Shown: piece after piece, positions 31,681-32,403 of the stretch
Layout: each line of letters opens with the position of its first letter
Position numbering within the stretch: the first letter of the stretch is position 1
IMG/VR virus record: IMGVR_UViG_3300027798_000005
Location: 1-32,403 of that record
From: a virus
Reading direction: 5' to 3' (one strand)
Length of the DNA: 32,403 bases
Notes under the pieces: generated by a model
Told to the model about the DNA's origin: nothing
What the model saw: the letters and a program-made list of their open reading frames with translations, nothing else
Database searches by the model: none
Position numbers and translations under genes: made by a program

Positions 31681-31681
31681 C
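31669..31681 (+). repeat. Half element E4 (left outer box only)
   Basis: GTTGCATAAC (31672-31681, within ACTGTTGCATAAC) is complementary to the E3 right box GTTATGCAAT. No matching inner arm or right box was found downstream. Confidence 0.6.
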
Positions 31682-31715
31682 TTGTTGCTAACCTCAATAA
31701 AAGTATTACTTATCT

Positions 31716-31904
31716 ATGTCAAAGCCTATTAAATATACAAAAAGTAAAGTTATTAAGCTAACAGAAGTTCAATATAACACTTTAAAAAAGTTAGAGAATT
31801 ATAACATTAGAGTTTGCGACTTTGTAAGAGATGCAATTGCTGAAAAATTAGAGCGTGATAAACACGAAATATTAAAACCAAAGGCAGATTATTGCCCTTT
31901 TTAA
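31716..31904 (+). CDS. Ribbon-helix-helix (CopG/Arc-like) protein
   Basis: KVIKLTEVQYNTLKKLE...FVRDAIAEKLER shows a strand-helix-helix pattern. Confidence 0.45.
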   Translation: MSKPIKYTKSKVIKLTEVQYNTLKKLENYNIRVCDFVRDAIAEKLERDKHEILKPKADYCPF

Positions 31905-31918
31905 AAATAAAAATTAAG

Positions 31919-32110
31919 ATGGAACCAAAATTAAAAGCAAAAGAGTTGTTTGATAAATACGTAGAATTAAGTGGTATTTTTGTAGGAGATTATGAAAGTG
32001 AAAAAGAAATGTGCTTAATTTTAGTTGATGAAATGTTAAATGAATTTTATACGCACCCTATAGCAAAAATATATTGGCAAGAAGTTAAAAACGAAATCAA
32101 TAAACTATAA
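31919..32110 (+). CDS. Hypothetical protein (63 aa from the first ATG)
   Basis: The track start at 31892 is a TTG. The ATG at 31919 gives MEPKLKAKELF... Confidence 0.45.
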   Translation: MEPKLKAKELFDKYVELSGIFVGDYESEKEMCLILVDEMLNEFYTHPIAKIYWQEVKNEINKL

Positions 32111-32403
32111 AGCACTACCAACAACTAAACCAAACACCACAGCAAAAGGCACAGCGTATTTAAGTGATTTACTTATGCGCTGTTGCTTTTTTATATATCG
32201 CTCCTGTTCTTTTGCAAGTTCAATTAAATTATTCTCTTTTACTTCAAATTGTCCTATAATACTATCTTTAAAAATACCAGCCGTTTTTTCGTTTCCTAAC
32301 ATTTCAGTAGTAACAACATACATACTATCCACATAGTCGCAATCTACTAAACGCAAAGCAATTTCTAAACTATCTTTATCTTTTAAAACTACTTTAGGAT
32401 TTA
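32105..32403 (-). CDS. 3' part of the junction-spanning 189-aa membrane-anchored coiled-coil protein (spanin candidate)
   Basis: The ORF is open to the window end and continues from 398..1. It has a C-terminal hydrophobic helix YAVPFAVVFGLVVGSAL. The M at 32356 in the track is an internal TTG. Confidence 0.6.
   Translation of the reverse strand, partial: NPKVVLKDKDSLEIALRLVDCDYVDSMYVVTTEMLGNEKTAGIFKDSIIGQFEVKENNLIELAKEQERYIKKQQRISKSLKYAVPFAVVFGLVVGSAL
32277..32403. repeat. Terminal direct repeat, exact copy of 1..127
   Basis: Read directly. Confidence 0.95.

Noticed and set aside
30038-31681. Possibility that the repeated E1-E4 elements form a CRISPR array
   Set aside because: The repeats are about 140 nt long, imperfect, internally palindromic and diverged from each other. 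They are spaced 400-600 bp apart with complete protein-coding genes between them. No cas genes are present.
18871-31892. N-terminal extensions in the track that begin at TTG (starts at 18871, 25278, 28713, 31892)
   Set aside because: The first codon is TTG in each case, as verified on the sequence. An ATG 5-13 codons downstream gives tighter, more typical gene packing. I used the ATG starts, but the longer forms cannot be excluded.
1-32403. Lysogeny module (integrase, excisionase, CI/Cro switch) or prophage boundaries
   Set aside because: No ORF shows tyrosine- or serine-recombinase motifs, and the contig closes on itself with no flanking bacterial genes. The small HTH and RHH proteins near the divergent promoters are insufficient to call a lysogeny switch.

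Overview
The window is one complete, circularly closed genome of a tailed dsDNA phage. Bases 1-127 are identical to 32277-32403, so the unique length is 32,276 bp, and one ORF reads in frame across the junction. The sequence is AT-rich. Start codons I inspected lack Shine-Dalgarno motifs, and early intergenic regions carry TAnnTTTG boxes about 20 nt upstream of starts. From this I infer a Bacteroidota (Flavobacteriia-like) host. About 29.5 kb is transcribed on the minus strand, in descending coordinates: tightly packed small early ORFs (29491 to 27414); two DNA methyltransferases; an SSB-like gene; a structured AT-rich ori/regulatory region (24215-24522); primase-helicase, SNF2-type helicase and VRR-NUC nuclease; an ECF-sigma-like gene; TerS and TerL; a tail module (chaperone-like gene with a -1 slippery U9, gp10-like protein, two large tail/baseplate proteins, tape measure); a head module (XkdF-like protease, a tandem paralogue pair, scaffold-like protein, major capsid); an abundant structural protein; a portal with a MuF-like C-terminus; a receptor-binding-like protein; holin; M15 endolysin; a metallophosphoesterase; and a double-anchored coiled-coil protein. 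No integrase, other recombinase, tRNA or CRISPR array was seen. The most unusual region is the 2.5-kb plus-strand accessory block (29606-32110). Its genes, including a third Dam-like methyltransferase, are separated by three homologous folded elements of about 140 nt with integron attC-like architecture. The inner stems of these elements co-vary within an element. The outer 13-14 nt co-vary across each gene, which is the footprint expected of site-specific gene-cassette recombination, yet no integrase is encoded. All protein calls rest on motif recognition by eye; no searches were run.
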